Assembly (NCBI GenBank): GCA_016710235.1
Contig: JADJLG010000001.1
Span: forward strand, 3,307,225-3,371,224
Length of the DNA: 64,000 nt
Direction: 5' to 3'
DNA from: Saprospiraceae bacterium
Lineage (GTDB): Bacteria > Bacteroidota > Bacteroidia > Chitinophagales > Saprospiraceae
Positions 28,011 to 37,376 of the stretch are shown one piece after another. The notes beneath the pieces were generated by a model that was not told where the DNA came from, ran no database searches, and saw only the letters and a list, made by a program, of their open reading frames with translations. Numbering within the stretch: position 1 is the first letter of the stretch; the number at the start of each line of letters is the position of its first letter. The position numbers were made by a program, and so were the translations under genes.

Positions 28011-28994
28011 TCAATATTGTGGAAGTAAAGGTTTGTTTTCGAGTATCTTCTCTACTTGTTTATTGAGTTCTTCAGTGAAGTAAGGCAGCACTTCCAAGGC
28101 CCCAAGATTTTCTTCTAATTGGCTGAGTCTGGATGCTCCTAATATTACAGTACTTACATTTGGATTTTGTGCGCACCATGCAATCGCAAAGGGAGCCAAA
28201 CTGACACCCAGGCGATCTGCGAGTGTTTTCAAACGTTCAACCTTGGACATTTGATCGTTAACAAGCGTTTTTTCACGAAGCCAGCTGAGTTCCGGTCTTG
28301 CAAGTCTAGAATCTTGAGGAACCTCATTCAAGTACCTGCCAGACAACAATCCACTAGCCAAAGGGGACCAAATCGTGGTTCCCAGCCCAACCGTTTTATA
28401 AACTTGCAAGTAATCTGCTTCCACTTTTTGCCTACAAAACATATTATATTGGACTTGATCCATTGTAGGGGCGATCAATCTGAGTTCTCGAGCAATCATG
28501 TGAGCTTCCATAATTTCTTGTGCAGACCATTCGGATGTGCCCCAATACAATATTTTACCTTGTTGAAGGAGAGTATTCATTGCCCAAACCGTTTCTTCAA
28601 TAGGGGTGTTTTTGTCTGGTCTGTGAGCAAAATAAAGATCCAGATAGTCCACTTGAAGTCTTGTCAAAGCTTCATTGCAAGCTTCAATGACGTGCTTTCT
28701 ACTCAAACCGGTTTGGTTTGGTAGTTTGCCGCCCCTTCCAAAAAAAACTTTCGAGGAAACCAAGTAACTGGTTCTATCCCAAGCCATTTTTTTCAGGATT
28801 CTGCCCATAACCACCTCTGACTGACCACTTCCGTATATTTCTGCATTGTCAAAAAAATTAACTCCGCTGTCATATGCCTTTTTCATCAAGGCTTCAGAAG
28901 TAGTATCGTCAATCTGGTTTCCAAAAGTTACCCAGCTTCCAAAGGAGAGCAGACTTACCTGCAATCCCGATTTTCCGAGTCTGCGATATAGCAT
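28011..28994 (-). CDS. aldo/keto reductase (Kv-beta/AKR6-like)
   Basis: MLYRRLGKSGLQVSLLSFGSWVTFG...GVNFFDNAEIYGSGQSE...DLYFAHRPD...WGTSEW. Confidence 0.9.
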   Translation of the reverse strand: MLYRRLGKSGLQVSLLSFGSWVTFGNQIDDTTSEALMKKAYDSGVNFFDNAEIYGSGQSEVVMGRILKKMAWDRTSYLVSSKVFFGRGGKLPNQTGLSRKHVIEACNEALTRLQVDYLDLYFAHRPDKNTPIEETVWAMNTLLQQGKILYWGTSEWSAQEIMEAHMIARELRLIAPTMDQVQYNMFCRQKVEADYLQVYKTVGLGTTIWSPLASGLLSGRYLNEVPQDSRLARPELSWLREKTLVNDQMSKVERLKTLADRLGVSLAPFAIAWCAQNPNVSTVILGASRLSQLEENLGALEVLPYFTEELNKQVEKILENKPLLPQY

Positions 28995-29084
28995 TTCAAT
29001 GATTTATTTGGTTATGTACAAAAACAAGAAGAGGTTGTCTAAGTTTATAGACAACCTCTTCAATATTGAGATTTTGTTTAAGAA

Positions 29085-30653
29085 TTAATTTTCAAACACA
29101 ATTTGTTTTGAAATCGTCTTGCCTTGGAGGTGAATTCTGGTCAAATACACACCTGCACCCAATTGGTTGCGAGGCATGTTAAATCCTGAATTATTAATAT
29201 CAGTATGGGCTTTCACCAACCGACCCTGCATATCATACACATAGATAGACTGAATAACTTCAGGGTTTTTTACTGAGAAATAAACTGAAGAAACAGCTGG
29301 ATTTGGTGAAATACTCAAACCAACTTGTTCTGCAGAAACTTCTTTATTGTCCACGTAGGTACAACCCAGACCCATTGCAGCACAAGCTCTTGGCAAGAAG
29401 AGCGCAAAAGCAGTATCCAAGTATCTTCTACCTTTTGCCTGAGACATGTCAGGATTGGTTTGAAGGCCGCTAAAGTGCAATGTATCTGCATTAAAATTAG
29501 TACCTCTTGTTTGATTTACAAATGCCACAACATTTCTAAGCGTTGGCAAATCCCACCAGTCCCAAGGTGAACCTTGGAAAGGAGGTAAATTTAAGCCATA
29601 AAAATGATCATCGCCCATTTGTATCCTTTGTCCAGTCAATGGAATCAGGATATTAGTAGCTTTCTGAACTTCAATTTGTGCTTCAAGAGGATCCTTACCA
29701 TCAGGGATTGTATTTAATACTGCATTCGAACCTAGTTTATTGGCTAACTCTATCGCTTTTCTGGTTCCTATGACGTTTACAACAAATTCTCTAGTGGTTG
29801 GTACTATAACAGCTCCTTCATAATATGGTGCAAAAAAGTCATTTACACAGTGCATTCCTGAATACGCCGGTTCTACTGCTTCACCATCCAACCAACTGGA
29901 ATCACCTAGTGCTCCACCCAAATTAAATGCGAACTGAAAATTTGAACTGTAACCTGGATGGTTCGGCAAACAAAGAACTGCCTGAGAAGTACCATAAATA
30001 TTACCAAAAATTGTGCTGTCGATATAAGGCTTCAAATCCACACTATTGATAAATTTATCCAATACAACTTCGTTAAAATCGTTCAAAGACCCTGCTCCAA
30101 AAGAAAGATATCCACCTGTACCTACACCATACACAGCAATCTTGTTCGGGTCAATACCAAAAGCATTTCCTCCTTCAGCAACCGATTTTTTAAAATAGCG
30201 AATACAGCTTCTTGTGTCCTGGATACCCCGATACGCAGCCTGGAGCAATGTACTTGTACGCACATTTACATCAGGAGCAGTAGGCAACCAACCCAATCTG
30301 TAAGTATAAGCTGCAACAACGAATCCTCGTGCTGCTAGATACTTGGCTGCGGCAGTCACAGTGGAGTCAGATCTACTACCGGTAATCTGACCATTGTAAA
30401 GTGGTGGAAGAAAACTTCCAGTATGCGCAATTAATACGAGGGGTCGGTCAGTTCTTGTATCCCCTTCTGGTTCATACAAATCGAACTTAAGATCTTCAGG
30501 TGCAGGAGTACCGTTCGCAGTTAATACGGTGATGTTGTTACCATACACAAGATTAGGGGTTACTTTCACCCCGAACATCGCATCCAGGTAGCGATTTTGC
30601 GCTTGGAGGAAGAAGGAACATAATAAAAAAGCAATGGCGTAAATTTTTTTCAT
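29085..30653 (-). CDS. T9SS-secreted alpha/beta-hydrolase-fold-like protein
   Basis: Signal peptide. DLYEPEGDTRTDRPLVLIAHTGSF and IDPNKIAVYGVGTGGYLS are arranged like esterase oxyanion and nucleophile-elbow regions. The C-terminus is T9SS-type: ISPNPAVSSVYFSV...GVYLTRIHLQGKTISKQIVFEN. Confidence 0.55.
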   Translation of the reverse strand: MKKIYAIAFLLCSFFLQAQNRYLDAMFGVKVTPNLVYGNNITVLTANGTPAPEDLKFDLYEPEGDTRTDRPLVLIAHTGSFLPPLYNGQITGSRSDSTVTAAAKYLAARGFVVAAYTYRLGWLPTAPDVNVRTSTLLQAAYRGIQDTRSCIRYFKKSVAEGGNAFGIDPNKIAVYGVGTGGYLSFGAGSLNDFNEVVLDKFINSVDLKPYIDSTIFGNIYGTSQAVLCLPNHPGYSSNFQFAFNLGGALGDSSWLDGEAVEPAYSGMHCVNDFFAPYYEGAVIVPTTREFVVNVIGTRKAIELANKLGSNAVLNTIPDGKDPLEAQIEVQKATNILIPLTGQRIQMGDDHFYGLNLPPFQGSPWDWWDLPTLRNVVAFVNQTRGTNFNADTLHFSGLQTNPDMSQAKGRRYLDTAFALFLPRACAAMGLGCTYVDNKEVSAEQVGLSISPNPAVSSVYFSVKNPEVIQSIYVYDMQGRLVKAHTDINNSGFNMPRNQLGAGVYLTRIHLQGKTISKQIVFEN

Positions 30654-30680
30654 TTTTTAATATTAATGGTTAACAAATAT

Positions 30681-33500
30681 TCAAGATTTTTTTAATTCGT
30701 AAAGTAATGATATATAAGCCAATCTACCTACTTTAGATCTAACATATGTCTGGAAATTTTTTTGATTGAAAATGTTAGATGCTCCAAGCTTTAAAGTTGT
30801 GTTTTGTTTCTTCCACAACCAATTGATCTGTGCATCAGTCAAACTGTAAGTCGGAATAAAGCCGGTAAATTGTGGAGAGCCTTCAAAAAGGAATCCTTGG
30901 ATCCACTTGTAATTGATATTAAATCCAAAATTGGGAATTCCAAAAACGGATATATCTCTTCCGCTAACTCCAACATTATACTTGTGTTCAGGGGTATTAA
31001 ATGCAGGGATGATCGGATCATCTGTTTGAGTAACCAATTTATTCCAACTATAATTTCCTTTTAATGCATAAAATTTTCTAAAATAATAATTAAGCCCTAT
31101 TGAAAAACCCTGTGAAGTAACCACATCAGTTGCATTTGAACTCACACGATATGCTTGCACAGATGTAGGAGTAGCGGACCCGACAGGAATAAAAGCATCG
31201 ATACCTAGCTGATAACCTATAAAGTCTTTGTACCGTGAATAATATGCACCTAAGTCAGCAAACAAATTCTTCAAAACAGTAGTCCTATAACCTATTTCTA
31301 TAGTTTTTACTTTTTCTGGCTGTATTGCAGGAATGGAAAAATAAACCAAAGTATCTCTCCTTCCCGTATTGAGAAAATCTACAAAGGATTCAACTGTGAT
31401 GAGGTCATCAATTCCATTGATATTGCCCAATAGAACCGCTCTTCCCACATTGTAATGCAAGTATTGATCGGTAAGTGTCGGATTTCTGATGGCAGAAGAA
31501 AAGGAAATGCGCAAATAATTATTTGCTGAAGGGTTGTAAACGATTGATGCAGCAGGTGAGACTAAGAAATTAAAATTTTCGTGTTTGTCCAGTCTTGCCG
31601 TAATGTTGAATTTTAGCTTATTGTGCAAAAAGCTAAGGGTAGGTCCTACATAAAATCCATATTCGTAAGTGCGGATATCAGCATTTCCTGTATCCAGCAA
31701 AATAGAACCCTTAGAATCCGGAAAATAAACTCTTGCACTTCCGCCGACTGTTATATCAAAATCTGACAAAATTTGATTGGCTACAAGATCCTTAAATATA
31801 TATTCCCCTTGTCCATGAACCAAAGCAGATCTATCGTAAAATTTAGTGCCGTTTTCACTATAAGCAATTTTCGAAGTGATGGATTCAAAGGCACTATTAA
31901 ATTCTGTTGATCCGGGTTCATAAAAACTCGCGGTATTGATTATAGAATCGCCTATGTTAGCGAATGTTTGAGTGAGGAAATGCCACAGATAAAGTGAATC
32001 CTGAATTTTACCTAAAAATTCAGATAATGCTTTATTGTATCCTTCAGGATTTCCTATAAAATTGGATGGTTTCGGGTATCCTTCGATGGATTGTATTTTT
32101 GGTTTAATATTGATATTCCAATAATTGATATAATTTTTTGTAAATATATCATTTGACTTGGCGTTGCTTTGTAGTTTAAGTGCTGTAAAATAAGGATCAT
32201 ATGAATCTCCACTATTTTCATGTGTACCATACAAACGAAGAAACCAATGGTCTCTCTTGATCAATTCTGCCTTATGTTGGAAAAATAAAATATTCTTGAG
32301 CGAATAACGATTATCGCCTTGATAAACTGTTGATCCTCCACCAAAACTGGATGAAAATATCAACTCAGGTGATTCAAAAACCTTAGATGGTCTTAGTCGA
32401 AAATGCAAAGCTGCATTTGCTTTAATGTTATAAGAATGGTAATCTACCAGATCCGTTTCTTTATATCCTTTGCGATGGAATATTCCAATTCCAGGATTGG
32501 CTGGAGCACTCTTGGACAAATCATTTGAACTCTGATATTCATCGCCATATATATTCACAGCATCGTAACCTCCGGGGTTGTTCCGATCAGTTTTTGTATC
32601 ATAAACCGGATCATAATTATCTGCTTCCCAGTCATAAGCTCTCATATGGAACAAATTCAGCTTGTATCCGAAAAAATCATGTCCTGATTTGTTTTTCTTT
32701 ACATCAGCCCATCGAACAGCGTTCTCCACCAAATTGCGCTCACCCAATTTGACACTAACGCTGACACCTTTGTGTAGAAATGGGTTTTTGGTTTCCATAC
32801 TGATTACTCCATTAAATGCATTCGGTCCATAGAATGCAGAACTTGCACCTACTATTAGATCCACTTTGTTGACATCCAATTCTGAAGCGCCCAGAAAATT
32901 TCCCAGAGAAAAGTTCAAGCCCGGAGACTGATTGTCCACTCCATCTATAATCTGTAGTGATCGCACGGGACTTGTGCTATTGAAACCGCGTGTATTAATC
33001 ACCGTAAATCCAAGAGAAGCCGTGGTCAAATCCACATCTTTTAGCGAACCCAATCCATCATAAAAATTGGCAGAAGGCGTTTCCTTTATAGCAATTAAAT
33101 CCATTGATTCAACAGTAAGAGGAGAGGATTTCTGTTTGTCAGAAATGCGCTGACCTTTCACTTCGATGGCTTCGATCATCACAGTCTCCTCTTCCAGAGT
33201 TAGCTGATGTGATCTTCCCAAATCCGATATAGTAAATTCTGTCGTTTTATACCCACTGTACCGGCATTCAATCTTCTGCGACCCTGTGCTGCTTAAGTTC
33301 AAAATAAAATTTCCTTCATAATCTGTAGCTGTACCGTTAGTAGTACCTTTGACGAGAACCGTTGCTCCTATCAAAGGCTCACCGGTAATCGCATCCTTTA
33401 GTGTTCCTCTTAAATGAGATTGTGCTTGAAGATCTATTCCACAACTGAATATGAAATATATAAATATTACTAAATGACATAATATATACCTATTCATCAT
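30681..33500 (-). CDS. TonB-dependent receptor with an N-terminal carboxypeptidase-regulatory-like domain
   Basis: LRGTLKDAITGEPLIGATVLVKGTTNGTATDYEGNFIL, a plug region (IEVKG...SPLTVESMD...LKDVDL...INTRGF), a long beta-barrel and the terminal motif AYISLLYELKKS. Confidence 0.9.
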   Translation of the reverse strand: MMNRYILCHLVIFIYFIFSCGIDLQAQSHLRGTLKDAITGEPLIGATVLVKGTTNGTATDYEGNFILNLSSTGSQKIECRYSGYKTTEFTISDLGRSHQLTLEEETVMIEAIEVKGQRISDKQKSSPLTVESMDLIAIKETPSANFYDGLGSLKDVDLTTASLGFTVINTRGFNSTSPVRSLQIIDGVDNQSPGLNFSLGNFLGASELDVNKVDLIVGASSAFYGPNAFNGVISMETKNPFLHKGVSVSVKLGERNLVENAVRWADVKKNKSGHDFFGYKLNLFHMRAYDWEADNYDPVYDTKTDRNNPGGYDAVNIYGDEYQSSNDLSKSAPANPGIGIFHRKGYKETDLVDYHSYNIKANAALHFRLRPSKVFESPELIFSSSFGGGSTVYQGDNRYSLKNILFFQHKAELIKRDHWFLRLYGTHENSGDSYDPYFTALKLQSNAKSNDIFTKNYINYWNINIKPKIQSIEGYPKPSNFIGNPEGYNKALSEFLGKIQDSLYLWHFLTQTFANIGDSIINTASFYEPGSTEFNSAFESITSKIAYSENGTKFYDRSALVHGQGEYIFKDLVANQILSDFDITVGGSARVYFPDSKGSILLDTGNADIRTYEYGFYVGPTLSFLHNKLKFNITARLDKHENFNFLVSPAASIVYNPSANNYLRISFSSAIRNPTLTDQYLHYNVGRAVLLGNINGIDDLITVESFVDFLNTGRRDTLVYFSIPAIQPEKVKTIEIGYRTTVLKNLFADLGAYYSRYKDFIGYQLGIDAFIPVGSATPTSVQAYRVSSNATDVVTSQGFSIGLNYYFRKFYALKGNYSWNKLVTQTDDPIIPAFNTPEHKYNVGVSGRDISVFGIPNFGFNINYKWIQGFLFEGSPQFTGFIPTYSLTDAQINWLWKKQNTTLKLGASNIFNQKNFQTYVRSKVGRLAYISLLYELKKS

Positions 33501-33674
33501 TTCTTAGCTTGGTTTTGTTTGATTCAGCAACGCAAAGTAAAGTATTCTGCTGAATTTGCGCCTTTTTTCAATAAAATTAATTGCGGATCAGTGATCGGAC
33601 TTCCCTTTTATCATGTAAAAGCCTAGTATTGCATTTGGTATTTTTGGAAATTTCCGTATTTTATTTGGTAGAAA

Positions 33675-34583
33675 CTAGTTCATTTTTTCGCGATTTTCAA
33701 ATCGGATGAACCAGGCTAATTTATATAACTTGAACAGGTAAATTGAAGGTCTTTTATTCAATAATCGATCATTAATTTTACTTTCAAAACAACCAAAAAA
33801 CCACAGGTAAACTTTGTCCATTCGGAGCAATTTGAGTCGACTTCCGATAGTTTCCAGTTTGCTGCCTAAAAATTGCTTTTTCACTGAATTAAGCATGACA
33901 AGTTGCTTGACGGATTCTCTAGTTTTAGAAAGAAAGATTTCTGTATTTTCCAGACCATCATGCTTTACCGGATTTGGTATATGTTGTATTCTAATATTGG
34001 CTTTCTTTAGTTGATTTGCCCAGAGTGTATCTTCGTGACCATACGCAATAAGTTGTGGATCAAATGGAATTTTCAAGATGATCTCGCGATCACATAAAAA
34101 ATTATTGCTATGAAAGCTAAGGTATTCATCTTTGTTTCGTTCATCTTCATTAAGTGCCTCACTTTTAATACCAGTTAACCAGTGTAAATAGTAAGATTTT
34201 GTAGGTTCATTACCATATGAGGTACCACCATAAATAACGCGATCCGGATATTGGGCTTTTGCATGGATATAGTTGCTTATGAAACTCAAATCAAGGAGCC
34301 TTGAATCGCAATCCAAGTACAAGAGAGTTTCGTATCGTGCCAATGCAGCTAATTTATTTCTAGTAACTGATCTACCTAAATTACTTTCATTCTCGTAGTA
34401 AAAAATGCGATCATCGATATCAATATTTTCCTTATTCCCAATTTTAAATTCCTTGTCTGAAAAATCATCCAAACAAATAATTTCGTAATCCCCAATTGGT
34501 ATTTGGTTGCAAGATTGAGTCAATTCTTCTACCAAAGGATGTAAACTGCGCTGGTAAACTGGCAATAATATGGACAATCCCAT
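33675..34583 (-). CDS. family-2 glycosyltransferase
   Basis: LSILLPVYQRS...YEIICLDDFS...LLYLDCDS is the GT-A fold. Confidence 0.75.
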   Translation of the reverse strand: MGLSILLPVYQRSLHPLVEELTQSCNQIPIGDYEIICLDDFSDKEFKIGNKENIDIDDRIFYYENESNLGRSVTRNKLAALARYETLLYLDCDSRLLDLSFISNYIHAKAQYPDRVIYGGTSYGNEPTKSYYLHWLTGIKSEALNEDERNKDEYLSFHSNNFLCDREIILKIPFDPQLIAYGHEDTLWANQLKKANIRIQHIPNPVKHDGLENTEIFLSKTRESVKQLVMLNSVKKQFLGSKLETIGSRLKLLRMDKVYLWFFGCFESKINDRLLNKRPSIYLFKLYKLAWFIRFENREKMN

Positions 34584-34663
34584 CTAACAAAGTTACGAAA
34601 AAACAAGCTGGTCGATCAACAGAAAGACTTCAGGGTTGTTTAAAGGCATAAAAAATATCCTCA

Positions 34664-35851
34664 TTGAACTATAGCGCAGATTTCCTCCATCAAACTCACT
34701 CTGATAAACGATTGTATGCCATTGCTGAAAAAGTAAAAACAAATCAGAGGATCGACACCGAAGACTGTCTTTATCTGTATCAGAGAGCATCATTGTCATT
34801 GTTAGGTTCTCTAGCAAATGACATTCGCGAAAGAAAGCATGGAGCTAAAACTTTTTTCAATAAAAATTTTCACATCGAACCTACCAATGTTTGTGTATAT
34901 TCTTGTAGTTTCTGTTCGTACTCTCGACTGATCAAAAATAGGATTGATGGCTGGGAATACAGTTTTGAAGATATCATGTCGCAGGTGAAAGCATACGATG
35001 GAATTCCCGTAACTGAAGTGCACATTGTAGGAGGAGTGCTGCCTCAGTATGATGTAGCTTTTTACACGAATTTATTCAAAGCCATCAAACTGCACAGGCC
35101 TGACTTACATATTAAAGCGTTGACACCTGTTGAATATCATTATATATTTAAAAAAGGAAAACTCAGTTATCAAGATGGAATGCATCTCATGAAAGAATCC
35201 GGTCTGGATAGCATGCCAGGAGGAGGTGCAGAAATTTTTGATGAAACGATCCGCGAAAAAATTGCAGGAGGCAAATGCTCTTCAGATCAATGGCTGGAGA
35301 TCCACAGGATCTGGCACAATATGGGAATGAAGAGTAATGCGACAATTCTCTATGGACATATCGAAAGTTATGAACATAGAGTAGACCATCTCAATAGATT
35401 GCGAATACTTCAGGATGAGACCCTCGGTTTTCAGGCGTTTATTCCTCTAAAATTCAGAAATAAAGACAACGAAATGTCGCACCTCCCTGAAGTGAGTACA
35501 ATTGAAGATTTAAGGAACTATGCAATCTCCAGAATATTTCTGGACAACTTTGATCATATCAAGTCTTACTGGCCTATGATCGGTAGGAGTAACGCTCAAC
35601 TAGCCTTACAGTTCGGCGTTGACGATATTGATGGAACCATCGACGACAGCACCAAGATATACAGTCTGGCAGGGTCAGAAGAGAAATCGCCTATAATGAC
35701 CACTTACGAACTTGTAAATTTAATTCGCCAGATAGATCGTCAGCCTATAGAACGTGATTCGCTTTATAATGAGCTCAAAAATTATTCAGATGTGGAATTT
35801 GATGAAGAACCAAGAGTGAGAGCTTATACAGCTCTAAATGTTATACAGTAG
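34664..35851 (+). CDS. mqnE: radical-SAM menaquinone (futalosine pathway) enzyme of the MqnE/MqnC/CofH family, most like aminofutalosine synthase
   Basis: FNKNFHIEPTNVCVYSCSFCSYSR carries the CxxxCxxC cluster. Length and the C-terminal TIM-barrel region fit, and mqnA is two genes downstream. TTG start, uncertain. Confidence 0.65.
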   Translation: MNYSADFLHQTHSDKRLYAIAEKVKTNQRIDTEDCLYLYQRASLSLLGSLANDIRERKHGAKTFFNKNFHIEPTNVCVYSCSFCSYSRLIKNRIDGWEYSFEDIMSQVKAYDGIPVTEVHIVGGVLPQYDVAFYTNLFKAIKLHRPDLHIKALTPVEYHYIFKKGKLSYQDGMHLMKESGLDSMPGGGAEIFDETIREKIAGGKCSSDQWLEIHRIWHNMGMKSNATILYGHIESYEHRVDHLNRLRILQDETLGFQAFIPLKFRNKDNEMSHLPEVSTIEDLRNYAISRIFLDNFDHIKSYWPMIGRSNAQLALQFGVDDIDGTIDDSTKIYSLAGSEEKSPIMTTYELVNLIRQIDRQPIERDSLYNELKNYSDVEFDEEPRVRAYTALNVIQ

Positions 35852-35855
35852 AGGA

Positions 35856-36467
35856 ATGAAACACAATTTGTACTTCATCAGACATGGAGAAACCGACGAA
35901 AACGTCAAGAGAATAGTTCAAGGTTGTGGTGTGGATTCAGTACTGAATGAAAATGGATTGAACCAAGGAAAAAAATTTTACGAACATTACAAAAATATTG
36001 GCTTCAAGAAGATGTATTGTTCAGCCCTGAAAAGAACCTATCAGACGATTCAATCTTTTGAAAAATCGCATGGTAAAATACAATCCGATCGGAGGTTAAA
36101 CGAGATCTCATGGGGAGAACACGAAGGAAAATCAGGCGGAGAAGAATTCATGCGCAAGTATTTTTCTGTCATTAACTCCTGGAAATCTGGTGATTATACT
36201 GCAAAAGCAATTGGTGGCGAAAGTGCAGAAGAATTGGAAGCCAGATGTAAAAGTTTTTTGGATGATCTGGATTATCATCCCGGAGGGCATACTTTAATCT
36301 GTACACATGGTAGGACCATCAGGGTTTTTGCGTGCATACTGCAAAACTTGCCACTTTCGGAAATGGAAAATCTGGCACAGAAGAATACAGGTCTTTATCT
36401 ATTCTCAGGTGATCGAAATCAAATGGAATGCACGATCAACCATAGTTTAAGTCACCTGAATGATTGA
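35856..36467 (+). CDS. histidine phosphatase (phosphoglycerate-mutase-like) family protein
   Basis: LYFIRHGETDEN is the RHG motif, followed by LICTHGRTIR. Confidence 0.8.
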   Translation: MKHNLYFIRHGETDENVKRIVQGCGVDSVLNENGLNQGKKFYEHYKNIGFKKMYCSALKRTYQTIQSFEKSHGKIQSDRRLNEISWGEHEGKSGGEEFMRKYFSVINSWKSGDYTAKAIGGESAEELEARCKSFLDDLDYHPGGHTLICTHGRTIRVFACILQNLPLSEMENLAQKNTGLYLFSGDRNQMECTINHSLSHLND

Positions 36468-37191
36468 AATTCCCCAAATTGTAGCTGTGCAATATCTCAA
36501 TACAGCACCGATGTTATTTGGACTGCAAGAGCACCCTCAATTCGAGGATATGAAGTTAATCACTGGAACTCCGGCATTTTGTGCAGAGATGTTATTGCAA
36601 CAGGAAGCGTGCATTGCACTGATCCCTGTTGGTTCATTGTCAGACTTCGAACAAGCTCATATCATTTCTGATTATTGCATAGGATGCGATGGTGCTGTCG
36701 AAACCGTTGGAATATGGAGTAATAAAGATTTGGACGAAATTCGATCCATTAAGCTTGACGCCGCTTCCCGCACTTCCAATCTTCTCGCACAAATCATTGT
36801 ACGGCAATTTTGGAAAAAAGATATAATTTTTACTGATGCAGATGCTGATGCAGAAGTTGTAATTGGAGACAGGACATTTGAATTGGAGGACAAGTATAAG
36901 TTTATGTGGGATCTGGGGAGTGAATGGAAGCACTTTACAAATTTGCCATTCGTCTTTGCAGTTTGGGCTTCTCTTCAACCTGTTAGTCTTGAGTTCTCGG
37001 AAGTTTTCAATGAAGCTTTAAGCAATGGGATCCAAAACCTACATCAATGGTCTTACAAAACCAATTTGGATCATTCAACACTGATGAAATATTTGGGTCA
37101 TTCGATTTCCTTTCCTTTAGATGATTTGAAAAAAAGAGCACTCCTTCAATTTCTGAAAATGAATCAAATTCAAACCCAGCTCTACTTTTGA
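36460..37191 (+). CDS. mqnA: chorismate dehydratase (futalosine pathway)
   Basis: IVAVQYLNTAPMLFGL and PFVFAVWA resemble MqnA. It overlaps the previous gene by 8 nt. Confidence 0.7.
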   Translation: MIEIPQIVAVQYLNTAPMLFGLQEHPQFEDMKLITGTPAFCAEMLLQQEACIALIPVGSLSDFEQAHIISDYCIGCDGAVETVGIWSNKDLDEIRSIKLDAASRTSNLLAQIIVRQFWKKDIIFTDADADAEVVIGDRTFELEDKYKFMWDLGSEWKHFTNLPFVFAVWASLQPVSLEFSEVFNEALSNGIQNLHQWSYKTNLDHSTLMKYLGHSISFPLDDLKKRALLQFLKMNQIQTQLYF

Positions 37192-37376
37192 TAGTAAGCT
37201 CACATTAAATCGAATTCGCATATCTAAAAACAGTCCCTGGTGCGAAATTATATATATAAATTATATTTAATGTATAATAAATTGGTCATAAATTAGTTGC
37301 CCAATGAAAAAAAGCTTAGAAAAGTCTTTCGTTTCATCTAAAATGAAGATTTTTGTGCCAGCTTTTCATTTGAATT

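Noticed and set aside
28167-28724. 185-aa ORF antisense to the aldo/keto reductase gene. Similar long antisense or alternate-frame ORFs occur at 6649..7083, 4133..4558, 21239..21685, 23871..24215, 60598..61089 and 62629..63057.
   Set aside because: Each lies entirely within a confidently identified gene with strong motif support. Their translations are low-complexity or Ser/Cys/Thr-rich with no recognisable motif, as expected of shadow ORFs in an AT-rich genome.
33501-33674. Possible riboswitch or leader upstream of the TonB-dependent receptor. It contains aaaGGGAAgtccg and overlapping stems ATTCAGCA/TGCTGAAT and CGCAAA/TTTGCG.
   Set aside because: I could not recognise the conserved cores of the cobalamin, TPP or other riboswitch classes. 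The stems are short and may simply be the terminator of the upstream GT2 gene. An Infernal/Rfam scan would be needed to revive this.
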